64,000 nt of DNA from a virus (lineage: Duplodnaviria; Caudoviricetes). The stretch spans positions 96,001 to 160,000 of IMG/VR virus record IMGVR_UViG_3300028591_000074. One strand, written 5' to 3'. The notes under the pieces were generated by a model that saw nothing but the letters and a program-made list of their open reading frames with translations, was not told the DNA's origin and did not search any database. The position numbers and the translations under genes are program-made. Shown here one piece after another: positions 35,908 through 50,164 of the stretch (position 1 is the first letter of the stretch; each line of letters starts with the position of its first letter).

Positions 35908-38900
35908 ATGTTATTCGAAAATTCAGTTAGTTCTTCTACTAAATCAATATACAAGTCTATCAGATCAACTATGAAGTTAAAATTCTTCTCTTTCATCGGA
36001 TAGCCCTGCATATCCATTACATTTCCTCTATAAAAGAATAGTTCGTGCGGTTGTTCAAATAGACTCATTATCAATCCCCTTTATCATCCACATCTTGCAC
36101 CTAAGATATGTGTTTTAAAATGTATCGCTTAAACCAATTACATTCACCATCTGAGAACTCTACACGATATGCCCATGTATCTCCTGGATCAATTTCAACA
36201 ATCTCACCAATCTCACCAAGTCTACGTTTGCAATAATCATCATATTGATAATCTACAACTATCATAACTTTATCACCTATATGTAGTTCTTCGTATTCGT
36301 ACCCCTCAACATAAATATCCATTTCTTAATCCCCTCAGTTATCACTGTTCATCTGTTTGTTCTTTGGTTAAAGGTTCATCTATCAAATCTCGTTCAGAAT
36401 TGTATTCAAACCAATCACCTATTTCACACTTGTCAAAAGTATCTTTATCTGTGTAGAACCGATTTGTTACATACTTATTGTCAGATTCATTATACTTACG
36501 AATACGGATGATGTACTCGTCCGGATGATGATGCCAGATAGGAACCATCTGCGTCCAAGAGTATTTACCAGTGTAATGCACTATCGGAATTATTTGTACC
36601 CAAGATTTTTCAGGAACAAATTCTTTATCGTATACTTCTCCATCTGTGATACCCTTACTACACCCAGACAGTAATACTACACACAGTGAAATTAGAATTG
36701 CTGCAAGCCTTTGTTTCATTCATTATTACCTCTATCTTCAGCTTCAATCCATACATCTAAGCAATCTTCATATTCCTTACGATAATCCAATGGGATATGA
36801 ATTGGGTTCAATGCAAATATCTTTCGTGCAAGATACTTGTATGGAATCTCGCCACTCTTACCTTCCCAAGATGCTATGCTGTCCGGATCATTGATTCGTA
36901 CTTTCAAATTAGGGTTTATCAATAACTGTAACTTTCGTATTTTCATACAGCCGTTCCTTTCTGCCTTCCTCTGAATGATGTCTTAGTATCAAATCCATGC
37001 ATTTCAATCTTATCATCATTTGTTGCGCCGATAGGATCAATGCGTTCAGATTCTGTCTTAAGTAATGAAAAGTGTTCTTCAATGGCAGTAAATATTGAAA
37101 CAGGGTCGATAATGTCAGCGATACCACAAGCTGTCAAGATAGGAATTGTCCTGATCTCACTGATCCATTTATTCTTGCAAGACTTACTTACTTCGTAACC
37201 GTTCAAGTTTTGTGTGGTTGAAAGATTGTTTGACTGTATAGCTGCAATCATCCTAGGTACATTCGACTTGATGAACTCGTGATAAGTCTCGTTCTTTTTC
37301 TGCTGAATGAGCGTGCCATACATGAACGAAATTTCGGTCAGTTTGAGTACTTCTCGAGATTTACTGTAGTCCTTCCAGGTGGACAACAGTTCCATCTTGT
37401 AATCTGATGGTCTTCCATAGTTGTTATATTGTACATCGTACAATAGTATCAGCCAGAAAGTAGTACCGCACTGAAGTACCACATACTTATATCTGTATTT
37501 GTGCTTGTCTCGGGTGTAGATTGTACAGTATCCAGGTACAAGAACTTCACAAAGACGATCTTTCGTCAGAAGATACGATCCTCTTCGGTCAAATACAATG
37601 CTGTCCTCTGAATTCTGTAGATAATCATAGTAATCAGTATTCTTATCAATTATTCGCATAATCCTGTTCCCTCCTTTCCAAACACTTTATCTATGTACAC
37701 CATATCTATTAATCTGTAAACTAAATCTTTAATAGTTTCACACATACTACTAAACTTTTGTTCATCAATGATATAGTATAGTGTATTCCCGGCGTCACGA
37801 AGATCTTGAAGTGAATACAAAATATGTCTTGCCGTGTAACCATTAAGTTGTATATTTGATGCCTTACCGCCCTTTACCTGCTGTAACGGTTCATATAATC
37901 CGAACATGGATCGCTCAAAGGCGATCTGCCCCTCTGGATCGTCGATGACATCAGAATAAATTACATTTAATCTTATAGCATCATATACAATATCAGCTTC
38001 CGCTTTTGTTAATTCAAAATCAACTGTCTTCAATATGTTTACCTCGCATATCTGAATACTATTTTACCCAAAAGTAATTACTCCACCTGGATACATTTTG
38101 AAAAATCGACTTACATCTTCAAGTTGTTTTTCCGTGAGATCAAAATACTTTTTGCCCATTTTCTTACGCAGTTCATGGCGGTTGTGAATAACCCATGTAG
38201 GATAGTTCCCTACTCTAAAATTGTCATGGAATGGTTCTTGTATATCACAACAGAATACGTTACCATGCTGTAATCTAATTTCCCGATCAGCAAGATCCAC
38301 ATAAAATTTATCATCTATCTCGCATATAAAATCTGCATAAGTATACAATCCGGATTTTAACCATAGATCGGTATCGTTATCCACAGATTCCAAAAATCGT
38401 TTAATCTCAAATTCATCTAGAAACACAGGTTCTTCAAAAATAGATTCTTTTGCAGTCTGTCGAAGTTTCTCTCGTTCTTCTTTTGTTATAGGTCGTTGAA
38501 ACCATGTATGGCATCCCATAATTCACCTCATAAATTAAAATTAAATTTATTTACAATTTACAAAACTTTGATTTTCAAGCATTTTAAAGAAGTCAACCGC
38601 AGAACTTCTTGGTATTGTGATAGTAATCATATTATCCATAATTAGTCATTCTCATTTCCACATAAGGCATACGGACAATCTACACAGGCCGAAACAAGTT
38701 CACCTGTGTCCGGATCAACATAGTAATCATCCCCATATCCAGTACATTCGTAGCAATAATCATCATAATCCATAATGTAATTTTCCCCATTATCGCACAT
38801 CGCTATTACTCCTTCGGTAAACTGTCTAGTATGAATACAGGAGAACAGATACCTTCCTCCATATCTTTCTGCAACTTGGAATACTTATCCATCATGCGTC

Positions 38901-41534
38901 TGCGTAGAAGAATCTGCGATCTAGATGCACGAATCATCATTTCAACGGAATCATTATAAACACCTAAGGTGGCATGATCAAAAAACTCATACATCATATA
39001 CATCTCCAATTTAGAATCATCCATCTTCACCCTCCTTAAAAACATCAGATTCAATTATATCTAACAATGCTACAAGTGCATCGTGTGACATAGGTTCATT
39101 AGGCTTACAATAAGTGGAAATAAACCCATTCTCTGCATAAGTTAATGGTTTACCTTTGTATGTGGTTGCTCTGTAAGGATATTCCCTTGCGCACCACATG
39201 AGATAGAATTTGATGGAGTCATACAGTCCGGATTCTTCATCTGTCAGTTGTGCATTAGAATTGCTTATGAGCGAATTGATGAACTTAATGCATTGTTCTG
39301 GTGAGTTCATGTAACATATCCTCCCTATGAGATTTCTTTTATCATGTTATCCACAATATACCATCTATTTCGGATATACACTAAACTCTTGATATTTACC
39401 ATTTTCATAGAACTTAATGTAAACATCTGCATTTATACCGTCAATATCAAAATCACTCAGTTTCAAATCTTTACCATCTACACAATATCCAATTCCTATT
39501 TCTGCGAACACCGCAGTAAGTTTATCAAAATCAGTCATATTGTTATCACCACCCTATTTCACATATTATAATGATTCATCGGAAGATTTATCTTGTAGAA
39601 CTGAATCCTTATCTTCAAATTTATTGTAAATTTGCTCCCAGATAGATTTCTGAATCTCCTTCAAGTGATCATGCGATTCACTACTACCCATTCCATACAT
39701 CATCTGGACCACAGAATACATTGCGTGACAGATTGCTTCAGCAACTGTTTCAGTTATCTCCACACTGATAGATTTGAGACAGTCACAAAATTTAATCTCA
39801 TCGAGCATAGATATAAGTTTCCTAGCATCTCTGTATTTTATAAGCCTGTCATTGTAGCCCATCTTACCAAGTGATGACAAGAGTATCTGCAATGAGTCCC
39901 TTAGAAACCCTGACTGTATAACGTCCAATGTGATTGTGATAGTCTTTTCAGATTTCGCCATTAGGTTGTTCCTCACTTTCTGAGTTATTCATATACACAG
40001 TATCATCTGCATTCCTAGGTACAGTTACAACCATAGGCTTCCCATCTTCAGGATATATTGTAGTCGTGTATCTAACATCACCAATACCACTGACATGCAC
40101 ATGGTCATTACTTGTTATAGTTGCAGATTTTATCTTTATCCACTTTTCACCAGTCGATACATTATCTTTATCCGGAAGTTTATCTTTTACAGATACCCAA
40201 TCATCCTTTGTCATACTATTCCTCACCTATCTTCATAATTTCTTTACACAGATCGGATTTCAAAAACTCCCGATACTTCTGTAATCGTTCTTGCATGTAG
40301 GTTTCATCAGGATTGAAATCTTCTCCTATCTGAGATTCTATGTCCAATTTAAGATTCCCAGAATTAAGATCTGCCATGAAACCTTTCGCACCTTTAATTG
40401 CTTCCTCTGAGTTTATGATTCGCATAGTGTCACCTCAAGTTAAATCTACATAGTCAAATTCAGGCTTGTCATAAGGGTGGTTAGTATGTACCCAAGTTCT
40501 TTGTGTTATTTCAATTTCACTCTTACCACCAGAGTAGATATCTTCATAAACAGCTACAGGCATATCTAGTGGAAACTTCTGTAATTCTGTTATAAGTTCT
40601 CCTACAGTCATCCATCTTTACCCCCATGATCCTGTAATTTTCTATCTGGTTTTAAATCACATACCAACAGAATCAGAGATACAGCAAGTGGTGTTGCGGC
40701 TACACCTAAAATGATTAAAATTGCTAAGTATATTTCAGTCATTGTTAGGAATCTCCTCATTGAAATCTACACCTGTTGGTTTAGAAATGGAATCTATATA
40801 ATCATTGGTGCTCTTTAACTCTTCCGAAGTAGCATCACGCATCATTTCTGCAACAAGTCTGTCAGTACGTTCCTGAACTAAAATAGTACTGATAACTTCT
40901 AATTGATGTACTATCTTATCCAGTTTTTCGACAATTAAATCTTCTGCCAATTCCTGGTGGCTTTCCCTCTTGTGACCATTGAGGTATTCAACAAGTTCTT
41001 CATCAGATACCATATTAAATATAAAATCATCTTTATTTCGCATAAATATAATCACACCTTATCACTACTTCTGTTTGATTATTTGATCGTTCAGATATCC
41101 TACCATCTGCTTTGTACGTAGTGCCTCATCACTAATCTCTATTGCATCCAGGTCAGTAACATCTGAAATAGCATGTGTAAGAACGAGAAGAAGATCAGAT
41201 ACATTATCTCTTGGAACCCTTAATAAAATATCATATCCCGGAGTCTTTTCACCTTCTATCCACTTCCCTGGGTTTCTCTCCGATTCGGCAGATGGAATAT
41301 CGCTCAAATCCGTCCATTCTTTTCGGTATTCCTCTTTCAGCTTAAAGCAATCGTTTCTCTCGAATCCTGGACACTCATTTGCATATCCGTCTATCCCATG
41401 GTCACAATCGTATTCGCACAAACCGCACACAGAATCATCAACATTCTTTTCCCGAATATCTGCAAATATCAGAGACATTTCATCTACAACTCTTTTCAGC
41501 TTTTCCAGTGCCACTCTTCTACTGATTAAATCAC

Positions 41535-41879
41535 TCATTCCTTATCCTCGCCTTCTGTCTGTGACTCAATGTACAAAATCCTCAGAACGTAGTATTCTAT
41601 CCCATGTTCTGCTCCCCATTCAGGCCTACCTGTTTTAACATCGAGGGAACAAAGTGCTTCAAATGACGGTGAATTTTCTGCGTATCCGTTGCGAAACAAG
41701 ACCTTTCCTTGTTTGATAGTGGGCAGCCCGTATTGGTCGAGAAATCCTTCGTTTCGGAACCGGCTTCTGTAATACTGCTTTAGTTCTCTGTATTCTTCCT
41801 TCTTCTCGCCGGAGAGAATCATATCAAACCACTTTTTCTTTATTGGTAAAATCAGCATATTATTTCTCACTTTCTGCAT
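41535..41879 (-). CDS. ASCH/PUA-like domain protein
   Basis: LPIKKKWFDMILSGEKKEEYRE and FRNGY...GRPEWGAE. Confidence 0.8.
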   Translation of the reverse strand: MQKVRNNMLILPIKKKWFDMILSGEKKEEYRELKQYYRSRFRNEGFLDQYGLPTIKQGKVLFRNGYAENSPSFEALCSLDVKTGRPEWGAEHGIEYYVLRILYIESQTEGEDKE

Positions 41880-44800
41880 TAAGTTGATGATCTCGACATG
41901 CTATTGCAGTTGCAAAACAATGGTAACAATCTCCATAAAATTTTCTTTGTTCACATTCTTCTTCAGGAAATGTATTTTCAAATATCGGCTCTCCTAAAAG
42001 AAATTGATTCAAGTCATGCGGACATTTAATCTCAGTCATTCCTTATCCTCACTTTCTTTAGCGACAAAGAACTCACAAGCGAAAAAGAACTCACAATCGT
42101 TTCTGTATCCATATATACCTGACTGCATTACACATTGTTCATTAGCACACTGATTACATAAATTGGTTGCATCCTCACTTTCTGCCTTGTACTTGTCGAT
42201 AATTGCTAATAAGTGATTTTTACTAACATCTACATACTCAATCTCAGGATAATCATCATCAGGACAGCACCCATTCCAATTTGTTCTCGTATTTGTAGGT
42301 AACTGCTCAATCTCGACTCTTATCTTGTCAAGCACGTCATTAACAACAATTGTCTTTTCTTCATCTGTCAGAAAATCTAAATCATCATGGTCTTTGTCGA
42401 ACCACCTGTCTTTGTCAAATACCATCAAAGGTATGATTCCTTTTTCGGTCACATCGACTATATATTCTTTCCCCAATTCAAAAATCATGCCTTATCCTCG
42501 CTTTCTGCCTTGAATCTACCGTCATATATCATCTTTGACAACTTATCAAGGTTTCTTTTTGCATGTCCGTACATAGTGTCAAACTCTGTCAATTCCTTTG
42601 TGACACACATTCTATTGATTTCTCCTTTGATAGTGTCCGCAAGTATCATCATCGTTTTTCTTTCGTTCTCGTTCATTCCTTATCATCGCTTTCTGCCTTA
42701 TATGGCTTTATGAAGAACGGCATCCATGCTATTACACACCAATTCTTGTACCAACACCCGTTACAGGCATAATTTTGAATACATTTGCTGTTCCAAACAA
42801 CATCATGTATTTTTCCAGTTACTGTGCTGATAAATACATGTTGACCATCTTGTGGGTACTTAGTTCTTCTCATTGGAATCCATCCCGGAACGATTTCTTG
42901 ATTGAGTGGTGTAATCATCTTTTCATATTCGCCGAGTGTTATTTTATTGGCATTTATTTTACGATAGGCACTTATGATTAACTCATAGTATGTCATTATT
43001 TATCCTCGCTTTCCGTCTTATCTAACATATACAGCAACTCTAGATATCTCCGTTTCCAACGCTTTGCTTTCTTCCGGGCCTTGTGGAGTTGTTTCATGAG
43101 TTTGTCTGTGTTATCAACAGTATCATCAAATGAATTACGATTTACTCCAAAAATCATTCCATCGCTACGGATGAAACCTACATCATATACATTATCATTA
43201 ACAAAGAATTTTATCTCTGTATCCGAGGAAATGTCATCAATTTTCTCTAAATATTCAATCAAAACTTTGGATTTCATAAATTGTCCTCCGCATCAAACTG
43301 GTTTTATTTATCTGCTATGAAAATATGGGAACTGAATCCACACATCATTTCGTCCGTTGTTGTATTCTTCCACATTAACTACAATATCATCATCCGAATG
43401 TCGCATATGTACTTCTTCATATTTCTCTTCCAATGCTTTTCCAACAAATTCCCTTAATTCATCTACATTTTTAGGCAACGGCTTTTTAGGTTCATCTTTT
43501 TCTTTGTCTTCATAAAACTTCTTGATATCAAACCATTTATCTTTCGTGATATGTCCTATACACTTAACAGTGCTGCCCCATCCATCATCACGAACCCTAA
43601 CGTATTTTCCAACTAATCCTTCCCATGTATCGGATTCCAATGTATCCATGATCCGCATGATGCATTCCATACCAGTTGCAGAACCTTTGAATTCATCTGC
43701 ACCAACATATCCATGCCCCAACACATACCCACCAAAGTTACATCCGACTCCGCTACCATCAAGTGTAATACTGAACGTCAGGCAGCCATGATCTGCCATT
43801 GACAATGATACATTTGTTATTTTACCATTCCATGTTTTAAAATCTAAATCTCTCATTTGCATCCCTCCTGATTAAATTATTTACAATTACAATCCAGTTT
43901 GCGCACCAATCCAATTTATATTACCTGTACCAAATAATTCTAAGGAGCTGTCTTCATAAGTATCCCCCTTATGCCAACCAAATAGATCATCCGGGTCACT
44001 GTCATCAAGATGTGTATATTCACGATCAAACTGAACCATCTGCACCTTGCCTTTGAACCCTTCGATCACAGTAGCACACCAAGGATGCGTCTTTACAAAC
44101 TCCTCAGCTTCCGGATTAACTTCAAGAAGTTGATTGTAGTTTGCAACAATGACCATCCCGCTATCGGCGCAGAACTCACCGATTACGTTAGACTCAACAC
44201 AGTCTGTATAATCAGATGCTTTCCATACATGGCAGGACCAGTCACCATACAAGGTATTATTTATGATACAGTCTACACCGATGAAAGAATAATCACCATT
44301 CCTGATGTAACACGGATCTGTTATGATGATGTCACAATCAAAATTCATTTCTTTTATAACTTTTGTCGCTAGTAATTTTTCTGATACTTCCATGTAGTTC
44401 TCCTCTTATTTATTCGAATCTAAATACTACAACGAAACAAACATGATGGAATATGATCGCTTATGTGATTCTTATAATCTTCTTGAATCTGCTTTGTTAT
44501 CTGTTTTGATTTCTCCAGATATTCGTCGCTATATGTGATTTTATGTTTTGTAACATCATTTATGCCGTTTTTCATAGCTTCTGTGATTATCAGCTTTGCC
44601 ATCTACCTGTCCTCCTCAACGCTTTGATAAGGTGTATTTCCGTTTCAACTTTAGAGGAATTTCATCGTATTCTTCACCAATCAATTTGTATAGATCCTGA
44701 AGAACATATCCGACTTTGATTCCATCGGTTTCTGAATACCGTTCTTCAATCTTCAGGATTAACTGTTCAATTTGTCTTTGAAGTTTCTTTTTGCCTAACA

Positions 44801-45533
44801 TTTTTCGCCTCCATGTACAATGCTTTGATGGAGTTTATTATTCTTGTCGTTTTCAAATCTTTGTTTCCATATCGGATAACTAACTTCTGCAAGATGTTCG
44901 TATTTTTCCTGAATCTTAATAATTTCCCGCATTTGCTCTAAAATATCAGTATGTTCCATGTTCTGTCTCCATAACGCTTTGATAGAATTATTTGATATAT
45001 ATCGGGAATATCAAATGATATAACAGTTTCTTAGGTGTTGCATACATCCTTACTAAAAACCAATGTTTAGATATTCGCTTGTAGATGAATCCACAATCCG
45101 TTAATCTTTTGATTCGTGTTTCTCTTTCACCATTCACAATCATGTCTATCACTTCTCACTATTCAATATATCAATAATTGCCATTGCTTGATCTACAGTA
45201 AGATCGGACTTTTCACATTTTCGCATCATATTCATTGCCTTATGAATAATATTTGATTCGGCTATTGCTTTTGCATGACCTTCAGAATATTCAATAACAT
45301 GAGATGTATTCCATCGGTCACTTCCACGAGCATGTCCATATCTATCCCACAATGTCTTACCAGTTTTATCTGTGGCAAAATTACCTGCTGGAGTTACTCT
45401 TGTTACAGTTGCAATAGCATCGTTTCCCCAACCTGGAATATATATTACCTTATCTCCTACCTTAATGTTATCGAATGTTGCCATATTTAATATCCTCCAA
45501 TCTGTACAGTAATCATATGCTCCTTACACACAT

Positions 45534-45562
45534 ATAGTAACATATGTAGTACAATATGTCAA
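45534..45562 (-). promoter_or_regulatory. Sigma70-type promoter heading the accessory operon
   Basis: TTGACA-17 nt-TACTAT. Confidence 0.65.
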
Positions 45563-45926
45563 CATATTTAAGATAAATTTTTCAATAATTTTATCTCATT
45601 ATGTAGATAATTAAATCTCATCTTTCATATATTCTTCAGATAGGTATCCACCGCAATCTATTACAACTTGCAGCAGAAAATGCTTTGCATTCATCCTGAG
45701 TTCTTTCCCTTCAGTAGTAGTTTCCAAGCATGATTCATAAGGTTTATCGTACATTACGCTTGCGATTAAACTATAAAGATCATGTTCATCCAGATAATCC
45801 GGAGTGTTCAGTTTGCTTACAATCTCTTCGAATCTTTCAGTAATTGTATCAATCAATTTTTGATTATATTTCATATGGAAATCCTCCATTACATATTTAT
45901 GTATTATAACGATTTTGAGTATAAGA

Positions 45927-45952
45927 AAAGCAGATGACATATCATCTGCTTT
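45927..45952 (-). terminator. Intrinsic terminator
   Basis: aaagcagatga...tcatctgcttt. Confidence 0.7.
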
Positions 45953-46741
45953 AATTCTACACTATTCGCCAAATGGATCTGGACACCATGCTAAAACCTT
46001 CTGACCGTTATACATCCACTCATAGTTAGGGTCCCCATCTGGATTGTAAACCATTGTAGTTGCTTCACCGATTGCATTATAACAGCAAACCCTTTGACCA
46101 ACATACGGATATTCACCACCATCATGCAATACACACCAGGGCTCCATTGTGAACTGTCCATTTAACTCTTTGAGATAGTAGGATATGCTTTTTAGCATTT
46201 TTATTTCTTCAGTAGATTTGGTAGATTCCAAAAGTCCGTCAATGTATTGAATACAATCCAATTTAGAATTTAATGTAAAATCATATTCAGCAAGTCTATG
46301 TAGTTTCTCTTCCTCTGTTACATTCTTGATCTGTTCCATAATCATTTGTCTCCTTATCATTTTATTCCAATTCAGTTTTGCATCCTCAGTATTCTTACCA
46401 AAGGCTTCCTTACCGCATCTTGCACACTTGTAACCATACATGGACATACTGCATTACTCCTTCAGATTATTTTTCAATAAAACCATTCCGTACTACAGCT
46501 AAATGGGACGTCTTTAACAACAGTATCAGGTACATCAATAGTACACTCTATACGTTCTGGATCGGCATAATGACTAACAGAACTAAACTCCCCAGCAGTA
46601 AATTTCTCAGCAACCACAGAAACAAAGTTATCCCAACATTCCTCTGAATATACCACACCATTCTTCTTTGGTTTCATGAAATCAGATTTCAAAAATGTGA
46701 CAGTTGCTTTTGCCATGACGAATCACCTCTAAAAGAATACA

Positions 46742-46963
46742 TTACTCTGTATCTGTATCCGTATCGTCTTTACTCTTCTCATAGAACTTAATCGCACCTA
46801 AAATATACTTAGATGCCGACATTCCACTATCTTTTGCGCTTTTCATAACACTCTCTTTTGTTCCCTTCGGAGCAATAATAGTGATCTTATCGTAGTGTTC
46901 CTTTGTGTAATTACTAATGTAAACATTGGCATCAAATTTTTCTTTCTTATTGATATCTTCCAT
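46742..46963 (-). CDS. Small ribbon-helix-helix-like DNA-binding protein
   Basis: YDKITIIAPKGTKE...AKDSGMSASKYILGAI; own promoter. Confidence 0.6.
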   Translation of the reverse strand: MEDINKKEKFDANVYISNYTKEHYDKITIIAPKGTKESVMKSAKDSGMSASKYILGAIKFYEKSKDDTDTDTE

Positions 46964-46991
46964 ATATATGTCACCTCACTTTCTACATAAT

Positions 46992-47020
46992 ATTATATAG
47001 ATATTCATAACATTTGTCAA
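46992..47020 (-). promoter_or_regulatory. Consensus sigma70 promoter
   Basis: TTGACA-17 nt-TATAAT. Confidence 0.8.
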
Positions 47021-47270
47021 CATATTTTGATATATAAAACTGAACAAAAAATTAAGCCGGATGTTACTCCGACTTAATCATGGGTTCATTACTTGAACTG
47101 CTTAAACACGAACTTACCACCGCATTCGCACCTCAAGTTCGGATCATAAGCATTCCAATTCTCATTTGACTTCTCTTCAAGTATTGGCTGTGGTTTACCA
47201 CAGTTTTCACATACACGAATTATCTTAAGTTTCTTTGCCATATTCATACCACTTTCGTAAAATTAAAATA

Positions 47271-50004
47271 TTAAAATTGATCTCTATCATATCCGCAGGA
47301 TTCTACATAATCCCAATCATCATCGGTAAAGCCTTTCTCATCATACCATGCATGGAATATGTTCCACTCTACTTCGGACCATACTTGATCGTCTTCAATC
47401 ACATTGACCAAATCCTGTGCCATCTGTTGAAGAGAATCATAGTAATCAAAATTTACGGTATGTTGAAGTTGATCCCAATCAGCATCAGATACATCATCCT
47501 TTGTTACTTTATGTTCTGCGAAATCTATTACTTTTGAACACTTGATAGATGTAGAAGATTCTACATACTCAGATATAATTTTATCGTAGAATGGTTGCCA
47601 ATATGCAACAAGTGTATCAACACATTCATCTGCATTATTAGGTTTAATCTCAACTTCTGTGTCAACTACATTTCCATTAGCATCTACAGGAAATTCCCAA
47701 TCATCATAATGATTTGGAAGACCACCAATATTAGGAGTACATGCAACTTTACCATACAGACGGTTAGTATCTGCCCAAGTAAATATCGCACCGTAAATAT
47801 CACCTTTGTATTGACCTAAATACACATATACTGGAACTCCATAATCCACATCAGAATCATTCAGCATGTATGAAATCTTACTGCGGATATTTTGATATGC
47901 TCTATTTGGAAACTCAGAACAAGTTATTTTTGAACTACGAATATACTTCTTCATAATTATACTCCCCATACTAAATGTACTATATTATCCAAGCCTACCT
48001 TCTTTGTAAGCCTGTATATATGCTTTAACTACTGTATTAGCAATCTTCTTAGTATCACCTGTTAATGTACCAAAATCAGTTTCTACCTGCATATCACCAA
48101 GGTTTAAGCGGTTTAATGCTTTTATCAACTCATTTGTGAATGTATCTTTATACTGTTCCAGATCTTCTTCAACAAAGTTGGTTTCATCAAATGCTTCATC
48201 AATAGCATCATAGATATACTCTGTCAGTTCTTCCGGTGAACTGTTTACAGGATCGAATCGCTCTGCACAGGAAATGTAATTTGATCTTACACAGCTGTTT
48301 CGTTTAGAACGATCAGTAGATGTAGAAGATTCTACATCTATTGACTGCGGTTTCATATCCCAAAGTTTTCTATGCAATTTATTAACATTAATATCTCTAT
48401 CAATAAAATCCCCATTTACATCCAATAAAATGTATTCTGAAGATCCAAAATGATCTGTTATTTTCACAATCTTTCCAACACCTTTACGTGATTCATATAC
48501 AATGTCTTTTATTTGTTCAAAACACTTAATATATCTCTTCATAATCATACTCCTTTTATTTTAGCCCCAAATATCTACGCCAAGATACGTAAGCAAATCC
48601 TCGAACCATACGGAATCTTCATAGGATTTATTTGGAACAGCTTCTCGCAATACATGCTTGTCACCTACATATACATCCCAAATAGGATCATCATTTGCAG
48701 GTACATCTGCATCTGGACTATTCCAAGCATCGACAATATCATCAACAGATTCGAATCTCCATGTTCTTGTATCTCCATCTGCATTTAGGCTTTTGAATGT
48801 AATTGATCCATTGGAATTTGCTTTAATACACTTCTTCATAATTATACTCTCCCTTACATACTATTCATACCTGCCAATAGATTCATACTTTCCACCGGAA
48901 GTATACAATTCATTGTACATATCCATAACGATATAATATTGTTCATTGGTAAAGTTTTTACTATTATATTTAAGATTACCTATGGCTTCACGGACCGCAA
49001 TAGTTGAACCACTATCTACTGCATCACTTAAATCTGAAAGAATTTCGTCCTGTCGTTTGTTTAGATTACGATTATGCCACTCAAAATAGTCCAATAGCTC
49101 TCTTGCATCTGAAAATAATTGTAATGATAAATCACCTGTGGCACTTCTAATATATTTCTTCATAATTATACCTCATAATCGAATTCTTTCCATCCACCAG
49201 AATCACGGACGTATTCTACGAGTTCGTCTACATCAATCATACCGTCTTCAGTGAATATGTTATATCCGTATTCTTCGCCTTGTTCTTCAAAGAAATCAGT
49301 AGCAAGTGCAACTACATTTTCTTCATCTGTTTCTGGCTTATATCCACTTTTACGAAGTGCCTGTAATACTCTTCCGTAGTCACTATCTGTTGGTGGGTTG
49401 AAATTAGTTTGTTCAAAACACTTAATATACTTCTTCATAATTATATTCTCCTTTATATAAATCAATCTATGCAACTAACTTTAACCTTATACACATGTCC
49501 CATATATCCGAACACAATTTCAGATTTACCACGATCCACGTACTGTGTTTCTCCAGTCTCGTCATCAATTTCTGTGCAAAGGTCTGGATCAAACTGTGGA
49601 AATTGTGTATTTCCAAACAGGGTGTCAAATATAAGATCAGCCATTTCTTTTGAATCTCCTGATTCTAATCTATTCTTAGAATCGTAAGCAATCTCAGAGT
49701 TTAAATCTGAACACTCGATAGATGTAGATGATTCTATAAAATCCCTATCCAATTTAAGTTCAAGGGCATAGTCTGAATCATAATTGTCCGTTACTCCCCA
49801 CCCATTAAGATAGGAACCATCTTCATCTACACCAGTCCATTCAATATCACTAATAATATCATCAACTGTTGGAAGATTTGTTTCATCAGCAGTGTCTTTC
49901 CCGGCATCAAGAATTTCTTTACGCTTTGCATTTAGTTCTGCTAAATATCTTTTAACTTTTTGCATACCACGATCTGTCAATTTATACATAATATTGTACC
50001 TCAC
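47271..50004 (-). CDS. Operon of six acidic proteins sharing MKKYI(K/R)(C/S/A) leaders or ESSTSIxCS linkers
   Basis: 47271 MKKYIRSS, 47985 MKRYIKCF, 48561 MKKCIKAN, 48861 MKKYIRSA, 49166 MKKYIKCF, 49462 internal IESSTSIECS. Confidence 0.7.
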
Positions 50005-50164
50005 TTTATACTCACTATAACGATTTACAACAAATAATTACCTAAATATAAATAAGGTTGAAAGCCGGAAGATGAAGTTTATGAATCTTTCAATAGTATA
50101 ATTTAGTGTTATTTAGAATATTTAGGATATTTTACTGTTCTATAAATTCATATCCAATTAGTGT

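Larger units (their letters stand above)
34614..46716 (-). other. Second accessory region of ~35 small hypothetical ORFs (includes a lipoprotein at 36342-36719)
   Basis: Dense co-oriented ORFs; LLSGC lipobox in 36342-36719. Confidence 0.6.
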
